A program made the position numbers and the translations under genes. The notes beneath the pieces are model-generated. The model was not told the DNA's origin and ran no database searches. It was given only the letters and a program-made list of their open reading frames with translations. This document shows, one piece after another, positions 50,422-60,813 of a stretch of 64,000 bases of DNA. This DNA is from an uncultured Bacteroidota bacterium (GTDB lineage Bacteria; Bacteroidota; Ignavibacteria; UBA10030; UBA6906): NCBI GenBank assembly GCA_963700635.1, contig CAVOYH010000002.1, forward strand, positions 32,001 to 96,000, in the 5' to 3' direction. The first letter of the stretch is position 1, and the number at the start of each line of letters is the position of its first letter.

Positions 50422-52369
50422 GGTGATCTCCGCCGCCCGCCGGAACGACGGTCAGGCGGGCAATGTACATGCTTGATCCCGGCGAGGTCCCCGTGATGCC
50501 GGACGCATCCCACAGAACCTGATGAGTGCCAGCCCCGTACGTTCCCTCTGCAATTACCGTCATCTCCTGGCCGACAAGGTTGAACACCCTCAGCTCGATA
50601 CGGGATTCCGATGCGAGCGTGAACCGGATGTGTGTCGTGGGATTAAAGGGATTGGGATAGTTCTGATCAAGCGAGAAACTCGCCGGCACGCCGGATGGTG
50701 TTGAGGGAACGACGCTTGAGACGCTGGGCAGGGCTGATGGATCGATAAAACGTTTTACCGTGCCGAGCCAGTGCACCAGCGTGGCACGATGGCTCCCGTT
50801 GTAGAGGTCGCGGTCTGCCTGAAGCATTGCGTTCGCGGCATCCGCTGCAGTCGAGCCAGTACCGAGGTAGAAGAGACTTTTGATGACAAGCATGTCCGTG
50901 ACGTCTCTTCCCAGTTCATTCCAGATGCCCATAAGTGCTGCTGACCATATCTGCCCTGCGCTGTGGACGGTGAGGGATCCGAACGGATAGGTGCGCTGGT
51001 CATCCAGTTTGCGTCCTGCCCAGAACTCGTTGTGTCCGTCCCACTTGTACACCCAGTTGTAGGGAATGTCGCCGTTCACCCATGATCCTTCGGAGCGGGA
51101 ATAGGAGGCGGCCCAGTAATCGGCATATCCTTCGCCCAGCGCGGCACATTCGCCACCGCCCCAGCCTGCCGCGAAGGTGTACTGGATAGCGTGACCGTAT
51201 TCATGCCAGATAACGTCGGCATCTTCCGCATCATCCACACCGCCTGTTCCGAAGGAAATCCAGTTGCCGGTCGGGCTAAAATGCGAGTTGTCTTTTCCCT
51301 GGAATCCGTGTGGATCAATCCGGATTTGCCTGAGCACCGGGGAAGAAAAACCGAGATCCAGGAGGCGACGGTATGCGGAGCTGACGTGATAATACGCGTT
51401 CACCGCCTCGAAGCCATGCTGCCCGCGTGTGAAAGAAAACCCGTCGGGAGTAGCTGCGGCCGGAATCGTGTCTACCGGAGTTTCAATATCTGCGATGGTG
51501 CAATACGGTCCCTGGAGCCAGAACAACCCCCCGGAGTACGTTATCGAATCCAGCGTCACGAGTGTCCGGTACGCCGTGAGCGAATCAGAATCCCGGTCAT
51601 TGTCATCGACGAACCCCGTCGCGCCATACTGTTGCCGCGCCGCACTCAGCGGGTCAACACGATACACATGCCCCTGTCCCTGCACCCGTTCGCCCTCGCG
51701 AAACTCTACAAAGAGATTCTCATGCTTCAGAACCACCCCTGATTCGGCATCCACGAGCAGTTCCCAATCGCCAGCGGGGTTTTCGCGGGTAAGGGTCACA
51801 CGATAGACAAGATGGTCGACGCCATCAGCCGCCCTGAAGACCATCAACTGCGCGGCGTCGGGTGATCCGATAGAACGGGCATCCGTGCCGAGAAATTCAC
51901 GGGCAGTGGTAATGGCGCGCCGGCTGTCAAGAACCGGTGCAACGGCAACTTCGATATCCGGGATCGTTGTGTTGATAACCATGCCAATGGTGTTGCCCGT
52001 ATTCGTGCTGACAACGATTCGTCCGCCGTAGACAGGGATTCCTCGATGTATCTGGAGAAACCGCGCGTGAGCCCCGCCGGGGACCTGATCGATACGATCG
52101 ACCGACAACGACGAGGCCGCGTCTTGAATGCCGAGCGATGCAGCATGTGTTGCGAGGAATGTGCGGGCCGCCTCTTCAACCGACTGCTGTCCGGCGGGCA
52201 CGGAAAGATTGTACATGGCGCGGACGTGGCCGTGGTTGTCGACCTTCAAGGAGCCGGTGTAGCGCATCGCATCCTGATCGCCGGCAAACGCTGCGTGTGC
52301 GTGGATACACAGAATCGCCGCCGCTACAATACGAAAGATTCCGCGTATCACCGTCCTTGATAGACGCAT
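50387..52369 (-). CDS. secreted M36/M4-like zinc metallopeptidase with T9SS sorting domain
   Basis: FTP/PepSY-like propeptide, HEYGH, EGYADY, QNYPNPFNP C-terminal domain. Confidence 0.9.
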   Translation of the reverse strand: MRLSRTVIRGIFRIVAAAILCIHAHAAFAGDQDAMRYTGSLKVDNHGHVRAMYNLSVPAGQQSVEEAARTFLATHAASLGIQDAASSLSVDRIDQVPGGAHARFLQIHRGIPVYGGRIVVSTNTGNTIGMVINTTIPDIEVAVAPVLDSRRAITTAREFLGTDARSIGSPDAAQLMVFRAADGVDHLVYRVTLTRENPAGDWELLVDAESGVVLKHENLFVEFREGERVQGQGHVYRVDPLSAARQQYGATGFVDDNDRDSDSLTAYRTLVTLDSITYSGGLFWLQGPYCTIADIETPVDTIPAAATPDGFSFTRGQHGFEAVNAYYHVSSAYRRLLDLGFSSPVLRQIRIDPHGFQGKDNSHFSPTGNWISFGTGGVDDAEDADVIWHEYGHAIQYTFAAGWGGGECAALGEGYADYWAASYSRSEGSWVNGDIPYNWVYKWDGHNEFWAGRKLDDQRTYPFGSLTVHSAGQIWSAALMGIWNELGRDVTDMLVIKSLFYLGTGSTAADAANAMLQADRDLYNGSHRATLVHWLGTVKRFIDPSALPSVSSVVPSTPSGVPASFSLDQNYPNPFNPTTHIRFTLASESRIELRVFNLVGQEMTVIAEGTYGAGTHQVLWDASGITGTSPGSSMYIARLTVVPAGGGDHLMFSRKMILLR

Positions 52370-52580
52370 GGAGGAGGCTCTGTTGAGACTAAATGACGTT
52401 GTGTAGTATGACCGGACCTGATTCCCGCGAGGGTGTACGCGGTGCCCGATACTGTATCAATATACTACCTTCATCGCCGATGCGGACGTGCGGGATATCA
52501 CATTTTGTAGAAACGACATGGGTGACACTATCGCTCTTACAAAATCCTGGGGGGGAGTGACGGCTATGTGACTACATAGG

Positions 52581-54821
52581 TTACGGCTCGTTTGTCTGTC
52601 GCAGGAGACCCATTTCCCCGAATGGTACGCTCTTGAAGCCTACCTTTACCAGAGGGGAATCTTCGGGGATTGAGATCCTCCGGTTTACAGGATCGAACAT
52701 GAGGGGTGGAGCCGAAACAAAATAATCCTTTGGAAATTCAACCTGCGCTTGCCGGTCCGTGCGTCTCACGGCGATGTATCCCTCCCGGGTATCGATATCG
52801 AGGTAATACGGGTCCCATCCTTGCTGTCCATCCGCCCTCCTGCGTAGTACGATGGGATCGAAAACGACATTGTCCATAATCGTGCAGATTGACCTGTCGA
52901 AGTCAAGGTAATCGTAAATATCCATCCAGCGCCCACCCATGGATGCATTACGAACGATCCGGTTGTTCATGGGAAGCCGTTCCGTCGGCCCGGGCAGTGA
53001 AGTCAGCTCCGGGTACCGTGTACTGTAAGGGGGGGCGTCGTGAAACATTTCCTTCAGGCCTTCAAAGAGGACGGGGTATGTACCGTCGAAATAATATCCC
53101 GCCCAGCTCAGTCCGCGTGCATCCAGATGGATTGAGGGGGAGCACTCGACATACACGTTGTTCTCCACCACATTGTCTCGGCCGCCGCCGATCAGCGTCG
53201 CACGTCCGGCGCGGTAGAACACGTTCCCGAACACCGTGAACCCGCTGGCCCAATCATCCATGTACATTCCCATGACACCGTGCAGTCCGGGACCCTTAAA
53301 ATCGTGGAAATAGTTATACCGTACGACATTGCCGCGCCAGGTCCAGTTCCGGCCGGTATGGATGGCACCGGCATCTCCCGATTCCTGCATGACATTGTAA
53401 ATTTCCGTGTACTCCACGAGGTGATCGTTACCCTTGATATAGATCGCTTCGAACGGGGCATCGTGAATGAGGCAATGTTCCACTCGCTGTCCGACGCCAT
53501 CCAGGACGACGGCATATCCTCCCGTACGCAACCACCGGCTGTAGTGGTGGACGGCCGTGTTGAACACCACGTGTCCCGCAGGCTCAAGGCTCCGGCGGTT
53601 ACCGCCGGACAGGAGCACACCACCCCGTGCGACATGATCAATTTCCGAGTTGCGCACGGCGTGCCGGGTGCCGCCTTCTATCACGACGGCTTCACTCCCG
53701 AGGTTGCGGAAGGTGCAACGGTCCAGAGTCACGGAAGTGCCACCGCGGACACGGACGCCAATACCCCGGGATGTCTCAAAGGAAATATCCCTCAGAATAA
53801 GGTGTGAGGTGGAATCGCACTGCACAATCGGCCCTTCAAGGAGTGACACTTCGACGGACGAGCCCTCAAGGTGCGCAGGTGGATAGAACAGGAGCAGTCC
53901 CTTCCTGCGGTCCAGATACCACTCGCCGGGGGTATCAAGCTCCTCCATGATGTTCAGAAAATAATAACGCTGGTTCTTGGTGTAGCCGTAATGGTGATGG
54001 GGTTCGGCGAGCGTGATCTCGTGCCCGGCGGTATCAATACTCTTCACCTTCTGGAACGAGTCACTCCAGTCCCACGTCCAGTAACCGTGGAGGAGGATTT
54101 CGTTATCCGGCGACCATGTGGCGGGCCGATCTCCTTCAAAGGAGATGCGTCCGTAATGCCGTCCGACCGGAACATTGTTAAACCGTTTTTCCCGATCCAG
54201 GCCTTTGTTGTACAGCGAATCGCCGTGTTGCGGCACATCCGTGATGTACAACCAATCGTTGTTCGGCCAGCGGGCTGGCTGCATCCGCTCCCCTCGAAAA
54301 AATAACTCCATGCCAGGGTTACCTCGCGGCGCGATTGTTCCGTAGTCGCGGACCCCCATTAAGCGAAGGTCAAGCTGGACGATGTTCCGTACCAGTTCAG
54401 GCCTGATACGGTGGAGCGCGACAGAATCCGTCACCGCCGTAAAGCGGGAAAGGGCAGTGCCGCCGATCACCCTGACTTTCTCCCCGGGGAAAGCAGTCCA
54501 GACCACAGGAAACTCGGCTGTGCCACCGTCACCCGCACCAAGCAGGAGCGTCTTCGGACACTCGTACGTGCCTCCCCGGATGACAACCATGAACGTGTCT
54601 TCCTGAGCCAGGATCGACTGGTGCAGGCGCCGCAGAACTGAGTTAGCAAATTCGAGCGTTGCTACCGGTCCGTCAGTTCCCGAAGGATCGGGGTAGGGCA
54701 AGCGGCCGGACCAATGGTCGCTCCCGTTTGTCGCGACATACACCGTTGATCCCGGCGAGACAGGTGCGGTAAAGGCAGAGCACGTTAATGAGATCAGAAG
54801 GAAGAGAACGGAAATTTTCAT
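52581..54821 (-). CDS. right-handed parallel beta-helix protein (GH141-like)
   Basis: Signal peptide, YVATNGSDHWSG, ARWPN, ELDTPGEWY, DAGAI, YMDD. Confidence 0.85.
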   Translation of the reverse strand: MKISVLFLLISLTCSAFTAPVSPGSTVYVATNGSDHWSGRLPYPDPSGTDGPVATLEFANSVLRRLHQSILAQEDTFMVVIRGGTYECPKTLLLGAGDGGTAEFPVVWTAFPGEKVRVIGGTALSRFTAVTDSVALHRIRPELVRNIVQLDLRLMGVRDYGTIAPRGNPGMELFFRGERMQPARWPNNDWLYITDVPQHGDSLYNKGLDREKRFNNVPVGRHYGRISFEGDRPATWSPDNEILLHGYWTWDWSDSFQKVKSIDTAGHEITLAEPHHHYGYTKNQRYYFLNIMEELDTPGEWYLDRRKGLLLFYPPAHLEGSSVEVSLLEGPIVQCDSTSHLILRDISFETSRGIGVRVRGGTSVTLDRCTFRNLGSEAVVIEGGTRHAVRNSEIDHVARGGVLLSGGNRRSLEPAGHVVFNTAVHHYSRWLRTGGYAVVLDGVGQRVEHCLIHDAPFEAIYIKGNDHLVEYTEIYNVMQESGDAGAIHTGRNWTWRGNVVRYNYFHDFKGPGLHGVMGMYMDDWASGFTVFGNVFYRAGRATLIGGGRDNVVENNVYVECSPSIHLDARGLSWAGYYFDGTYPVLFEGLKEMFHDAPPYSTRYPELTSLPGPTERLPMNNRIVRNASMGGRWMDIYDYLDFDRSICTIMDNVVFDPIVLRRRADGQQGWDPYYLDIDTREGYIAVRRTDRQAQVEFPKDYFVSAPPLMFDPVNRRISIPEDSPLVKVGFKSVPFGEMGLLRQTNEP

Positions 54822-54822
54822 G

Positions 54823-55818
54823 TCACCTCGTTGGGCAAAAAGTGGAATGGAGGTACCTCGCAGCCGCAATGCCGGAGAGGGCGGCGCTCTCACAATCGCC
54901 TCCACCGAACGCTTCGCCCGCCAGAACAAGCGGCGGAGTCTCACGCGCAGCCAGGAATGGGACCTGGAGGGTCCGTATTGGCTGACTGTATCGCCATCGG
55001 TGAAGCTGCGTTGATACGACAGAGGATGTCAGCAGGGTCCGGACTGCGCCGAGTAACACTTCGGTTACGTGTTCAGCCGGTTCGTCGAACATCCGATTGC
55101 TAAACACTTCGCCGGCATACACGGTCACGGATCCCGGAAGCGCATCAACACCCTTGGTGTGATTGTCGGTGATCCAGGCCAGCGGATCCCCGTCCAGGGC
55201 CATCGCCCCCGGATCAGGGAGTCCCGCGGGTCCGTCCAGAACCAGCATCAATGCGAAACATGGCACGTATTTGATCGAGAGCAGCTGAGTCAGGATCTCC
55301 GGCGGGATCGGCACGTTTCCGGCTTCGAGCATAGCCAAAGTTTGCGGGACGGGAGACGTTATCAGAAGGGCCTGGGACATATAGACGTCCCCGCGAGATG
55401 TCTCGATGCTCCAGGCGTCCTGCGAGATGCGTACAGCCGTGACCTGTTTCCGCAGTTCTACGGTGAGGCCGCTGGCGAGGGATTTTGGAACGGCCGTCAT
55501 GGCGGGAACGCCCCTGTAGAACGGTCCGGGGTGTCTCTTCTCCCGGGGAATCCGTGAAACATCTGGATGCCATTCCGCGAGGAGGCCTGATGCCTGCCAC
55601 GAGGTGAGCAACGACTGGAAGTGGGGAGTCCGCGCTGCCAGGAACTGGGCTCCGAAGTCGAAGGAATGTTCACCTGCGCGGCGTGTTGCCATACGGCCGC
55701 CAACGCCCCTGGCTTTTTCCAGGATCGTTGCTTTGCAGCCGTGGCGGGCTAATGTATCGGCTGCCAGCAATCCGGCAATACCTGCGCCGATTACTGTACA
55801 GGTCGGTTGTGCGTCCAT
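54823..55818 (-). CDS. renalase-like FAD-dependent oxidoreductase
   Basis: IGAGIAGL, EKARGVGGRMATRR, FDFGAQF, HRWRYS. Confidence 0.92.
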   Translation of the reverse strand: MDAQPTCTVIGAGIAGLLAADTLARHGCKATILEKARGVGGRMATRRAGEHSFDFGAQFLAARTPHFQSLLTSWQASGLLAEWHPDVSRIPREKRHPGPFYRGVPAMTAVPKSLASGLTVELRKQVTAVRISQDAWSIETSRGDVYMSQALLITSPVPQTLAMLEAGNVPIPPEILTQLLSIKYVPCFALMLVLDGPAGLPDPGAMALDGDPLAWITDNHTKGVDALPGSVTVYAGEVFSNRMFDEPAEHVTEVLLGAVRTLLTSSVVSTQLHRWRYSQPIRTLQVPFLAARETPPLVLAGEAFGGGDCESAALSGIAAARYLHSTFCPTR

Positions 55819-55908
55819 AGTGGTGGCGATTCGAATAGCCCGAATGTACACACTCTCAGGAAGATATCCAACGTTGCCGATGCAATAGATTTGTTGTATC
55901 TTTACGGA

Positions 55909-56411
55909 ATGTCTGACGCACAATTCTGGATCCGGACACTTGGCCTGGAGCGCCATTCTGAAGGCGGGTGGTATCGCGAAACCTACCGCTCGTCTGAGTC
56001 TCTTCCGTCTTCGTCGCTCCCGGAACGGTATGTCGGTAGCCGGCCGTATGCCACTTCGATTTATTTCCTTCTTGATGGACAGGATGTTTCACATTTCCAT
56101 CGCCTGCTCTCCGACGAGATGTGGCACTTCTATGAAGGGAGCGGACTCACTCTCCATCTCCTTCATCCCGATGGGTCATATTCCAGTGCCCGCCTCGGTC
56201 CACGCCATGAAGAGGGGGAACGATTCCAGATTCTAGTCCCTCGGGGAATCTGGATGGGGCGGAAGTGGACGATCACCGGGGCTATGCGCTTCTCGGTTGC
56301 ACAGTGACCCCCGGTTTTGAATATGATGATTTTGCGCTGGGTTCCCGTTCGGAGTTGATTTTGCTCTGTCCGGAGCAGCAAGCACTTATTGAACGACTCA
56401 CAACCCCCTGA
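55909..56411 (+). pseudogene. cupin_5 (DUF985) protein with a frameshift at ~56255
   Basis: EGGWYRETYRS, TSIYFLL; continues in another frame as AEVDDHRGYALLGCTVTPGFEYDDF; one G missing in a G-run. Confidence 0.85.
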
Positions 56412-56417
56412 TGATGT

Positions 56418-57398
56418 ATGCTTTTTGACCTGCCGCTTGAAGAACTCAGAGTGTACACGCCACCGCGGATGGAGCCTTCTGATTTCGGAGACTTCTGGGA
56501 CCGGACTCTTGCTGCCGCGAGAACTTTCCCGATGAACGTGGAGATGGTTGTCTATCCTCACCAACCTTCAACGGTTGAAGTTTTTGATGTCAGCTTCCCC
56601 GGCTATGGCGGGCAGGAGGTCAAGGGGTGGTTAATACTTCCCCGGCAACGGACAGGCGCGCTGCCCTGTGTTGTTGAATATATCGGGTACGGCGGGGGAC
56701 GCGGCCTGCCTTTCGACTGGTTGCTCTGGAGTGCCTTTGGGTATGCGCACTTTGTCATGGACACACGGGGCCAGGGGAGTCTGTGGCTGCCGGGCGACAC
56801 GCCGGACATCGAGGACCTTGTAGGAAATCCGCAGGCTCCCGGTTTTATGACCCGGGGGATTCTCTCTCCTGACACGTATTACTACCGCCGCGTGTTCACC
56901 GACGCAGTGCGGGCCATCGATGCGGTACGCAGCCTGGAGCAGATTGACGCTTCACAGATTGTTGTGACCGGCGGAAGCCAGGGGGGCGGCATAAGTCTGG
57001 CTGTGGCGGGTCTTGTTCCCGATCTTGCGGGGGCGATGCCGGATGTTCCGTTTCTCTGTCATGTTAAGGTCGCAACGGAGATTACCGACAGGGATCCCTA
57101 CCAGGAGATCGTCCGATTCTGCAAGATTCACAGAGCCCGGACCGACAGGGTCTTTTCGACACTTGCGTATTTTGACGGGGTGAACTTCGCCGCACGGGCG
57201 GGGTGCCCGGCCCTGTTTTCAGTCGGGTTGATGGATGATGTGTGTCCGCCCCGCACGGTCTTCGCCGCGTACAATCATTACGCCGGGGTGAAGGATATCC
57301 GTGTATGGCCCTACAACCAGCATGAAGGAGGGCAGGGAGCCCAGACCCTCGAAAAAATCACCTGGCTGCGGCAAAGAGCAGTCGTCCCGGGGCACTAG
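56418..57398 (+). CDS. acetylxylan esterase / cephalosporin-C deacetylase (CE7)
   Basis: RGQ, GGSQGG, DDVCPP, HE. Confidence 0.95.
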   Translation: MLFDLPLEELRVYTPPRMEPSDFGDFWDRTLAAARTFPMNVEMVVYPHQPSTVEVFDVSFPGYGGQEVKGWLILPRQRTGALPCVVEYIGYGGGRGLPFDWLLWSAFGYAHFVMDTRGQGSLWLPGDTPDIEDLVGNPQAPGFMTRGILSPDTYYYRRVFTDAVRAIDAVRSLEQIDASQIVVTGGSQGGGISLAVAGLVPDLAGAMPDVPFLCHVKVATEITDRDPYQEIVRFCKIHRARTDRVFSTLAYFDGVNFAARAGCPALFSVGLMDDVCPPRTVFAAYNHYAGVKDIRVWPYNQHEGGQGAQTLEKITWLRQRAVVPGH

Positions 57399-57471
57399 AT
57401 CACTCTGCCGTCGGGGCTATTCCTGAGAGAATGCCGGCTCCTGACCGCGCAGCGCGGACAACCGATGATTC

Positions 57472-58392
57472 TCAGCGGAGCTGGTCCGGGACCAGGGCCT
57501 TGATAACTTTCAGGGCGATTTCCGTGCCGACCCGTTCCTGTGCTTCAATGGTCGAACCGCCGATATGCGGGGACACGCTCACCCGCGGGTGATTGATCAG
57601 TGCACGTTCGTCTTCCGAGGGTGGTTCGTGTTCGAATACATCCAGTGCCGCAGCAGCCACCTTCCCGCTCTCCAATGCTGCGAGGAGAGCTTTCTGATCC
57701 ACGACTCCGCCGCGCGCGCAGTTGACGATCACCACCCCTTTTTTCATCATATCAAATTCTTTTTTGCCGATGATCGCCCCGGACTTTTTGTCAAAAGGGA
57801 GATGCAGGGTAATAAAATCTGACCGGGTGAGCAGCTTCTCGAGTGTCGTGACCTCCACGATGAAGTCCATGGGGGTGAACGGCGGATCGTATGCCAGCAC
57901 ATGCATACCGAATCCGAGGGCGCGCCGGGCAACTTCTTTACCGATGTTTCCCAGTCCGAGGATCCCGAGGGTCTTTTTGTAGAGTTCAATCCCCGCGCCA
58001 AATTCCTTTTTCGGCCAGTTGCCCTGGCGCATCTGCATGCTGCTGATATGCAGGAAGCGGCTTACGGCGAGCATGTGGGCCAGCGTCAGTTCGGCGACCG
58101 ATACGGCTGACGCACCGGGAGTATTCAACACAGGGATATCACGGGCAGCAGCGGCCGTGGCGTCAATATTATCCAACCCGACACCGCCGCGGGCAATAAC
58201 CTTGAGGTTCTTGCCGGCCGCGATCACTTCTTTGGTGACTTTTGTAGCAGAGCGGACGATGATTGCATCGTAACTCCCGATACGGGCGACAAGTTCTTCG
58301 GGAGAGAGCTTCACCTTGTCAACTTCCATTCCTGCGTCAGTGAGCACCTTCGCTCCGTCAGGAGAAATGCCGTCGGTTATGAGGATCTTCAT
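57472..58392 (-). CDS. serA: D-3-phosphoglycerate dehydrogenase-like D-2-hydroxyacid dehydrogenase, no ACT domain
   Basis: VRSATKV, RGGVGLDNID, GLGNIG, NCARGG, PHIGGST. Confidence 0.8.
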   Translation of the reverse strand: MKILITDGISPDGAKVLTDAGMEVDKVKLSPEELVARIGSYDAIIVRSATKVTKEVIAAGKNLKVIARGGVGLDNIDATAAAARDIPVLNTPGASAVSVAELTLAHMLAVSRFLHISSMQMRQGNWPKKEFGAGIELYKKTLGILGLGNIGKEVARRALGFGMHVLAYDPPFTPMDFIVEVTTLEKLLTRSDFITLHLPFDKKSGAIIGKKEFDMMKKGVVIVNCARGGVVDQKALLAALESGKVAAAALDVFEHEPPSEDERALINHPRVSVSPHIGGSTIEAQERVGTEIALKVIKALVPDQLR

Positions 58393-58566
58393 GGGGGTAC
58401 TCCGATTGCTGGTGGATAAGAACACTGGGGAGGAAACACCAGAAGATACTCAAACGTAAATCAAGCTGCAAGGGATCCGGCCGGTAACTTGCTTGTTGAA
58501 CGGGCTTTAAGTAAATTGCGCCTCACCGAGTAGCCCATCATATCTCACCAGGCCCTTGTTGAACTC

Positions 58567-59635
58567 ATGACTTCCAAAGAACGGGTGAAGCGTGCCTTCG
58601 CACACGAAATACCGGACCGTGTTCCAATCGACTATCTTGCCAACCCCGGGATTGATGGCCGCCTGAAGGACCATTTTGGGTTAACGCGGGATGATGACGA
58701 GGGACTCCGCCGCGCACTGGGTGTGGACTTCATCGAGATTATCCCGCCGTACACAGGACCCGGGCTCCATCCTGATGTGGAAGGGAGGCACATTGACCTG
58801 TGGGGGATCCATACGCGGTGGGTGGAGCATGAAAGCGGCGGATACTGGGACTATTGCGACTTTCCCCTGCGCGGTGCAGACCTTGAGGCGGTGGAAGCAT
58901 GGCCGATGCCTTCGCCTGACGACTTCGATTACGACGCTGTTCCCGCGCTCTGCAAGGGGATGAAAGACTACTGCCTGCTGATCGGAAATCCCGGTGCGGC
59001 GGACATGATCAATACGGCGGGTATGATACGCGGGGTTGAAGATGTGCTGATTGGTCTTATGACAGATGATGAAGCGTGCCTCCGCTTTATGGAGCGGAAG
59101 AATGAAGTTCAGCTCAGGATGCTCGAGCGTGCCATTGAAGCGGCAAAAGGCGCAATTGATATTCTCTGGCTGGGCGAGGACCTCGGAACGCAACGGGGAC
59201 AGATGATCAGTCTGGAGTTATACCGCAAGCATATCCGTCCCCAGCACCGGAAATTCGCAGACCTCGCAAAACATTTTGGTATCCCGGTCATGATGCACTC
59301 CTGCGGTTCCAGCAGCTGGGCATTCGACGATTTTCTGGAGATCGGGATCACCATCGTGGACACGTTGCAACCGGAGGCGAAGGATATGGCCCCCGCGATA
59401 TCTGAAGAAGCGGTATGGAGAACGGATGTCGTTTCACGGCTGCATCTCCACCGCCGGTGCCGTGGCACGCGGGTCGGTGGAAGACACGGTTGCCACGGTT
59501 CAGGAGACGCTGGAGGTGATGATGCCCGGGGGCGGGTATGCACTTTCACCGACACATCTTCTGCAGGACAACTCGCCGACCGAAAATGTGGTTGCGCTCT
59601 ATGAGGCGGCGAAAAAGTATGGCCGGTATACGTAA
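58567..59635 (+). pseudogene. uroporphyrinogen decarboxylase (URO-D/MtaA) family protein with a frameshift at ~59398
   Basis: MTSKERV...PDRVP, EDLGTQ, HSCG; after MAPA continues in another frame YLKKRYGERMSFHG...GGGYALSPTH. Confidence 0.85.
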
Positions 59636-59703
59636 GCGGCGTGTTCGCCCGAGCAGGGCTGCCGCCAGGGAAGTTGCAGGTTTCGTATCGTTGGAGGATA
59701 ACC

Positions 59704-60813
59704 ATGGACATCGGCGTACCCCGCGAACAGCGGCCAGATGAATATCGTGTCGGCCTTACACCGGCCGGCGTTGAATTACTCACCGGGGCCGGGCACACGT
59801 GTTATGTTGAGCTCGATGCCGGTTCGGGAGCAGGTTTTTCGGACCTGGACTACCAGAATGCCGGCGCGCGTATTGTGTATTCCCCTGAGGAACTCTACGG
59901 CAGGGCGGCATTGGTGGTGAAAGTCGGCCGTCCGACAGCCGGAGAGGTCGACCTGCTTCAAGACGGCTGTATCCTGATGGGATTCCTGCATCTCTCCGTT
60001 GCACGCCCGGAACGGATTGCAGCACTCCTCAAGAAGAATATCACCGCCCTCTCCTATGAGCTGATCCAGGAGCCCGACGGGACCCTTCCCGTACAGGTGC
60101 CGTTGAGCCAGGCGGCAGGGAGGATGACACCCCAGATTGCGGCCGTCCTGATGCAGAATAATCACGGGGGCAAAGGTATCCTTCTGGGCGGCGTACCGGG
60201 TGTCCCCCCTGCCGAAGTGGCCATCATAGGTGCCGGGAGTTATGGAACTGCCGCCGCCCATGCGTTCCTCCGTCAGGGCGCCAGCGTGTACGTGCTGGAT
60301 AAGGACCTCCGGAAGCTGCAGGAAATCGATGACGCGCATGGCGGTCTCGGGCGCCTTGTGACGATGGTCTCACACGAATTTAACCTCCGCAAGGTCATGA
60401 AATTCGCAGATGTGCTGGTGGGGGCGGTGCTCGTGCCGGGAACCCGTTCTCCCATCGTAATCACTCGTGAGCTCGTCAAACTCATGCGGCCTCGCTCGGT
60501 GATCATGGATATCTCCATCGACCAGGGAGGATGTGTTGAAACCAGCCGTCCCACCACCCACCGGGATCCGGTGTTTGTCGAGGAGAATATCATTCATTAT
60601 TGTGTGCCGAACATGACGTCGGTGGTGGCGCGGACCGCGACGCACGCGTTTAACAATGCAGCGTGGCCGTACATCTATACGATTGCGAAAAGTGGTCTTG
60701 ACGCTGCCCTGGCTGGATCCTCCGCTCTTGCGCTCGGCGTCGCTACCCACGGCGGCAAGGTGCTGAATCAGACCCTTGCTGCAGGCCTCGGGCGGAAGGA
60801 GAAGGCACAATGA
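59704..60813 (+). CDS. ald: alanine dehydrogenase-like protein
   Basis: IGVPRE...EYRVGLTP, DISIDQGGCVETS, HYCVPNM. Confidence 0.85.
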   Translation: MDIGVPREQRPDEYRVGLTPAGVELLTGAGHTCYVELDAGSGAGFSDLDYQNAGARIVYSPEELYGRAALVVKVGRPTAGEVDLLQDGCILMGFLHLSVARPERIAALLKKNITALSYELIQEPDGTLPVQVPLSQAAGRMTPQIAAVLMQNNHGGKGILLGGVPGVPPAEVAIIGAGSYGTAAAHAFLRQGASVYVLDKDLRKLQEIDDAHGGLGRLVTMVSHEFNLRKVMKFADVLVGAVLVPGTRSPIVITRELVKLMRPRSVIMDISIDQGGCVETSRPTTHRDPVFVEENIIHYCVPNMTSVVARTATHAFNNAAWPYIYTIAKSGLDAALAGSSALALGVATHGGKVLNQTLAAGLGRKEKAQ

